Shown: positions 58,141 through 64,000 of the stretch, piece after piece
How the letters are laid out: every line of letters begins with the position of its first letter
Position numbering within the stretch: the stretch's first letter is position 1
NCBI GenBank assembly: GCA_023920165.1
Contig: CP089275.1
Location: 3,658,001-3,722,000 of the forward strand
Direction: 5' to 3'
From: Curvularia clavata
Taxonomy: Eukaryota
DNA: 64,000 bases
The notes under the pieces: model-generated
What the model saw: the letters and a program-made list of their open reading frames with translations, nothing else
The model's database searches: none
What the model was told of the DNA's origin: nothing
Position numbers and translations under genes: made by a program

Positions 58141-58530
58141 TTGTGCTGCCTGCTTCATGGGCGAACTCACGGTTAGACTTGAGAAAGGGGCAGGTGTTTA
58201 GCATTGAGGTTTTGGAGCGTATTCTTGCAAATGCATGGGTTGGCGTTTGCCCGTGGATGGTGTAGTCTTCGAGGGTCGTGAACATATCACTATTCTCCAT
58301 AACTATCTTTCAATATCGTGCAGTGTTGTGGACTTTGTGAGATGCGTATCGAACACCGTATCTATTTGCAGATCCCTTGACAGGTTCTTGGGGCTCGAAG
58401 GGAGAGGTGAACGCGTATAGCTATGGGACAAGAGTAGTATATTGTTTATTTTAAATACTTCATATTCGAAAAAAACGTTTGGCTCACCCATTAACACTCA
58501 TTTGCCATATTACCACCTCTTTTGTCTCAC

Positions 58531-59617
58531 TTAACCCTGCATCTCAATACCTCCCGAGCCATGCAATACTTCGCCGGTGCAGTACGACCCCAGCGGCGAG
58601 GCAAGATGGACGTAGCACGTCGCCATCTCAACAGGCATACCTGGTCGGTTCAGCGGGCACGCACCCACGCCCAGCGAATCCATTGCATCTGCTGGATTGT
58701 TCTTGGTAGCAGGTTGGAGCGGCGTCCAACTACACATACATCAGCAACTGTATGAGGAAATAAAAAGAACACTTGTAGAAGTGGATATCCAAGTCAGGGT
58801 AAGAAACTTACATGATACCTGGAGCCACCGCATTCACCCTAATACCGTTCTTAGCCTGCTGCTGCGCCAGGCCCCGCGTGAACGTCGCAATCGCGCCTTT
58901 TGTAGACGCGTAGTCGAGCAGAGTTGGGTTGGACATGTACGCTGCGACTGAGGTACTGTTGACAATACAATCGCCGCGCTTCATATGTTTGAGCGCATAT
59001 TTGCTCATTGCGAACATGGAAATGACGTTTGTTTGGAACGTCTTTTCCGTCACGTCAAGATCGATTTCGGTGATGTCGGTGGCCATTTCTTGCATGGCGG
59101 CTATGTAGTGTTGTGTGAGAAAAGCGTCTTTACTAGCGGTCATAATGATGGGGGTGTTTAAAAGTCATGACTTACCATTATTGACCAATACGTTCAACTT
59201 TCCAAACACTTTCATGTGCTGCTCAACAGCCTGCTCGCAGTTCTTTCGTTCTCGGAGGTTGAGCTGCATGAGATTTGCCTTACGGCCTGCCTCTTCAATC
59301 TTCTTCTTGACGTATTGCGCGTCCTCTTCTTCCTCAGGTAGATACACAATGCTTACATCTGCGCCTTCTCTTGCGAACAAAATGGCAACTGCGCGTCCGA
59401 TGCCAGAATCTCCACCAGTGATTAATGCTGCTTTACCTTGAAGCAGGCCGCGACCCTCGTACTCTTTAAGATACGGCTTCTGGTTGTCGTCCCAGAATTC
59501 CAGACGCGACCATTCTGCTTTTTGGTCCATTTTAGCATCGAGACCTGGGCCGCCTTCTTGGTTCTGCGGCGTGATGGAGGTCGCGGGGTATGCAGTGATA
59601 GGGCCGTTGTCGCTCAT
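58531..59617 (-). CDS. Classical short-chain dehydrogenase/reductase (YhdF/YdaD stress-type), 3 exons
   Basis: ITGGDSGIGRA, LVNN|A, YASTK, RVNAVAPGI|WTPL; two GT-AG introns. Confidence 0.9.
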
Positions 59618-62600
59618 CTTGGGCGATTAATGGGAAACTCCGGTAATGATTTTAGATTGAATTTTTCAAGAGAGTAATTTTTCAAAATCCCCGGAGGTAT
59701 GTTTTAAGAGAGTTGATGTAGATCTTTCAAAAAACTTTAGAAACAGTTCATAATGTAGGTGCGGGTTGCAGTGGGGTTGGTATTTCTTAGGGTCGTCATC
59801 GAACGTCATTGCAAAAATGTATGCATATTTCGATATTCAACACGTCACGTCCAAGCTGCATCTAGACTCTTGTATTTAACTGTGACTGTCTCTTTCCATC
59901 ATAAAGCGCTATTTGTGGCGTTTGTTGGGCGCTGAAGTGTTTGTATGTGGCTCAGAAATGGAGTGACATTGCTTGGTGGTGCCGCAACGTACGAAAGAAT
60001 GTGTCGCGCAGGAATACCATTCCCTTCCAAAGTTTCGGCTAAAAGAAGCAGGCTTGGGAAAGATTTAATTAATTCCTATGAAGATATAGCATAGAAAGCG
60101 CTACTAGGTGAAATTAAATGTACTTGTCAACCTCAACATAGCTTGAGCGGAGTGCATGTAGCGAGAATGACCACTACGTAGATACAGCTTCAGGATCATT
60201 TCATTAGTGTTACAAACTTCGGAGTCCTTATATACTCTTATTTGAACTTTGTTACATCTCCGTTAGTCAGTTGGCTAACGAGGTCATTGTTGTCCGGGTA
60301 ACCTTGAGAGTTCTTAAATCTGTACAAGCAATCCAATCAAACCCCATGTGCCAGAACATGAATAATGTAACAATCAATACGATGATAATTGCATGAGCAG
60401 ACACTACCAAAACAAGCTTAGTTGTCAAGCTCATAGGGTGATGGGAAAGTGGTAATGTTCATGAAACGCCTTCCAGTCTATGAAAAGTTTATCAGAAGTC
60501 TAGCCAGGAATTATAACTACTACCTAAAGCAAACAAGTTTGCTTTGTAGCGAATCATTCAAATATTTCATTCGTCCTTGTCAAAATCGTACCTGAGACAC
60601 AAGACACTGACTACGATTTGCCACCATATACCACTGGGATAGCCCTAGTCATCGTAGCCGGGTATGGCCTGAGTTTATCCGCAGTCAATCATTGCATATA
60701 AAAGACGACTTCCGTTTAGCTGTCTCAAACGTTTGGTTGATAAACGAAGTAGTTCAATTCCATAGACCAGGGCAGTCTACAGCAAAGTTCGACAATCAAT
60801 ATGAAAGAAATCGATGATATTAGTATTAAAATAGTTCTCCGAAAAAGATGCAAGACTGTTACAATTTCCGCATCGACTACTGTCATCAATTGCTCTAGAT
60901 ATTAAGCGTCGCAATGATACTATCTTTGCGCACAGTAGTAGTTCTGACGAGTGACAGGGGACTGATTTAGCTGATTGCTGGCCCCAATGGACAAATTATC
61001 GGCCTTAAGGAGCTTGGTTGGAATACCTCCTTTACTATTCTTCAATTGCAACCACGGTAGATTCCAACAAAGTCACGACACGGTTGACCTCGAATTTCAC
61101 AACAGGCCTTCAGCAAAACTTCGAACGACAATCGCAGGTATTAAAAACAGACGTCGTCTCCGGGTAATCATCTTCTCGTAATCAAAAATAGCACTCAACA
61201 CATTCTCCGGCTGCAGGACTGAGACGTTACCCTATCAACAGTCTCAGAGAAACCCAGTAATGTCTAGGCGGTAACTGGAATTAAGTGTGTGAGCAAACGG
61301 GGGAATCTCAGAAACCACCAAGGGATGGTGGAGGCTAAACTGGACGGACAGCTCGGATATGTCCCTCTCGAAGCTGATACCACCACCTTCGGTTTCAGTT
61401 ACCGATGCACAGTTGACCATGCTGTACAACTTTCGGCCCAAATACGATGCAAGTATGTTCGGAACCGATCATATGAATAAAGGGACTGCAGCAAGCAGTA
61501 TGCAAACAACTTTTGCGCGTACAGATGGTCGACGCGTCATGCAAGCAAGGGGTGGAGCCATGTCTGGGGCCAAAAAAATCAAAGCCAATCAGTCAACACA
61601 TCAACAACGAGGCTGTGTCGGACGAAAGACCCGAAAAAGACAAACGAGAACATGCTGAATGCTGAATACGATAATGGCTATATTCCGGTGTAAAAGCCAT
61701 CTGGTGGTGCTCCCTCTTTGTCAGTGCGCTCCGATATACGAGTTTTCCAGCTGTGCCAAGCTTAAGAGAGGCGTTTGCGCTGAGTGGCAGAGTACCAAGA
61801 AGGGCCTGACACGTGAACCTGTGGCTTCTATTAGTCAACTATGAGTTTTGTTCGCGAATATCAACAGGGAAGAATGTATCCTTGCCTGAGTGTGCATGTG
61901 CTTGGAGCGGATATGAGGTGGTGAACCCCAATACTGACAGTGGGCACTAGCAGTGCAACGGCAGCTTCTTAACACACGAGACAGTTGCCTGGGGATGTTC
62001 GGATGTTGACTCCCGAAATTGAGTATGTGCGGCCAAGGCACAAAAAGAAGACCAAGTAGTACGAAATTCTGGGAAGAATTGCAGAAGAAGACACAACAAC
62101 GATAACGTTTGAAACAAGCATCATGTAGCGAGTGAGCCATGCGTAGTGACTATTGGGTGTCAGGTATTATGATCGCTGTTAGGTTCTCTACAACCTTTCA
62201 GAACAAAACATCGGACATTTCCTATGGTGATCTTTTTGCGACCCTTGTATTAACATGGCGGAGTATTTGTTCTGAAGAGATTGTCCTTGCACAGACGATC
62301 GATCAAGCCCAATTTAACTCTACTGCATTACGACTGGGAGATCGATTCGAGCGCATGTGCGGCTTACATGTGCTCCTCCGAATGGGGATTTAGGGTTGTA
62401 CAACTTAGAGCAAAGCATGTGTCATGGTGCCGGAGGTTTCGCAAGGACTAGACACGGAATTTTTGGTGTGGAAGCACAAGGTATCAATTGGTCAGGAGGC
62501 TTATACATTGACAAGTTTCTCCAAAGGAGAACAAGCAGATCACGTTGTGTGTCCCTTTGGGAAGCACACCCGAGAGCTATGGCTGCTGTGCCGAGCTGGT

Positions 62601-63729
62601 TCAAAGTTTGGTCTTGGGCGATATCTCAAACGCCTTGCTCGGGTACATAGGTGGAGTTTGTAAAAGACATGGCAGAGCGTGTGCCTCGTCGCCGTATTAC
62701 GCATTCAGTGGGTTTGTCTACCTCCTTAATCCTGAAACAAAGCACAGCATTTTCTCAAACAGTGGGGATTTCTCTTTACAGTAGTGAACCATACTTTCCG
62801 CACCCACCATCTGTATGTCGGGAAAGAATTTACACACGTCGATAGGCTGTTATCGATAGCCTTTTCGCTTGAGGCTGATGCTGAAACGACGGCGCTGTGC
62901 GGTAGGCTTGCGGCAAAGGGAGCCACGCACAACCCCTGTTGGTACCAGCTCGCGAGCCGAAAAGCGGCCCGACCATGGCAAAAACACGCCTGGTCATCTC
63001 AGTTCCAAGAGCAAACGACGTCACTGCATCCTGATTCGCTCAGCTGCTTGATGAGATTTATCTCGGCCTTCTCCGGTTCCACTGAAAAGTCTTGAGGGGG
63101 CTGTCTAGGCCTATGGGTTTGCCGTTCAGGGATACAAGGCGAACCACATTATCCACAAGGAATGGAGGCTAACGCACCGGGAACGGCGCAGTGGAGATGA
63201 CAGCATGGACAAGATGCAGTGCAAGGGATGAACGGTGTCATTAGACAGGGTGCACATGCTTGAGACCAGTAGGGAACGTCGTTCAACGCCCCTCTCTACT
63301 ACTGTTGTACCTACATTAGCGTCAGGCACACATCCCACGTAATGGGGCGTCGGTGGAGACGGGCGTCACCAGGTCCCAAGCCTACGCCAGCAGCAGCCAT
63401 TATGTCAACACTCTCTCGTTTTTCGGGAAATGCGGGGAGAAGGGGGGGAGGGGGGGGGGGTTGTTCTGGAAAGCGTCTGGATCTTCGCGTAGGATCATCT
63501 TAGCCTTTTCTCGGAGTATACATAAGGTCTTGATTTCCCCCCAGAGCCAGCTTTTTCTTCACGCTCTAGCAAGCAAGTCATTCTTTCCCCAGTCAATCTT
63601 TGACCAGCCACTCTTTCATAGCCCGGTGCTATTACACACTCATTTTCGTTCTTCATACACCACTTTCGTTACACCTCCGTTGATTCCTTCAAAGGACCTT
63701 TTTTTTTTTTGCAGAACACCACCGTCACC

Positions 63730-64000
63730 ATGTCTATGTCCAAGATCGTCCAGACCAGTGCCCTGTTTGCGGCCCTCATTTCTGCTGTTGCTGGCCACAC
63801 TGCCGTTGAGAAGTTCGAGGCTGGAGGCAAGACCTACGAAGGTTTCTACCAGGCCTCTAAGCAAGATCCTGGAAACCAGTCGCCCGCCTGGTGGACCAAC
63901 CAGGGCTGGGGATACCAGCCCATCTATGGTGACCAGATCAACCACCCCGACATCATCGCTCACAAGGACGCTTCTCCATCACCCTACACGGCTCCAGTAT
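63730..64000 (+). CDS. AA9 lytic polysaccharide monooxygenase, N-terminal part (runs off window)
   Basis: Signal peptide ending AVAG, followed by His1 (codon 63796); GGKTYEGF, PDIIAHKDASP..APV. Confidence 0.8.
   Translation, partial: MSMSKIVQTSALFAALISAVAGHTAVEKFEAGGKTYEGFYQASKQDPGNQSPAWWTNQGWGYQPIYGDQINHPDIIAHKDASPSPYTAPV

Noticed and set aside
59700..63600. Short ORFs in the 4-kb gap before the AA9 gene
   Set aside because: No motifs, signal peptides or coherent intron structure
63573..63714. Possible GC-AG 5' UTR intron of the AA9 gene
   Set aside because: GCAAGT and polyT-GCAG are present but there is no clear branch point; unsupported without transcripts
1..64000. tRNA, rRNA, CRISPR arrays, intact transposase or reverse transcriptase
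   Set aside because: No cloverleaf with T-loop context, no rRNA signature, no repeat-spacer array and no TE protein motifs were seen by eye

Overview
Intron-containing genomic DNA from a filamentous ascomycete (gene style suggests Dothideomycetes/Pleosporales; inference). About 23 protein-coding genes can be modelled by hand from ORFs plus GT-AG splice signals. Conserved genes: cyclin H/CCL1, BET5, CaMKK, SAT4/HAL4-type kinase, SLP1, RPT2, UBC1, promethin-like, RPA49, derlin, PET127, RUP1-like, PH-LRR protein, SDR and a partial AA9 LPMO. Accessory patches: 3-8 kb (choice-of-anchor-B-like secreted protein, decayed genes, inverted repeat) and 30.3-39 kb (small secreted protein, bacterial-type secreted esterase, Baeyer-Villiger monooxygenase). 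Best hidden signals: (1) a box H/ACA-like snoRNA candidate with a 20-bp stem inside the long derlin intron; (2) a three-exon RGG/zinc-knuckle micro-gene missed by the ORF track, where TAC-TAG would read TGC-TGG (Cys-Trp) after two A-to-G changes; (3) an intronless esterase with an actinobacterial-style C-terminal Ig-like module (HGT candidate); (4) an 85-bp inverted repeat. No tRNA, rRNA, CRISPR array or intact transposon was seen. All family calls come from motif recognition, not database searches.
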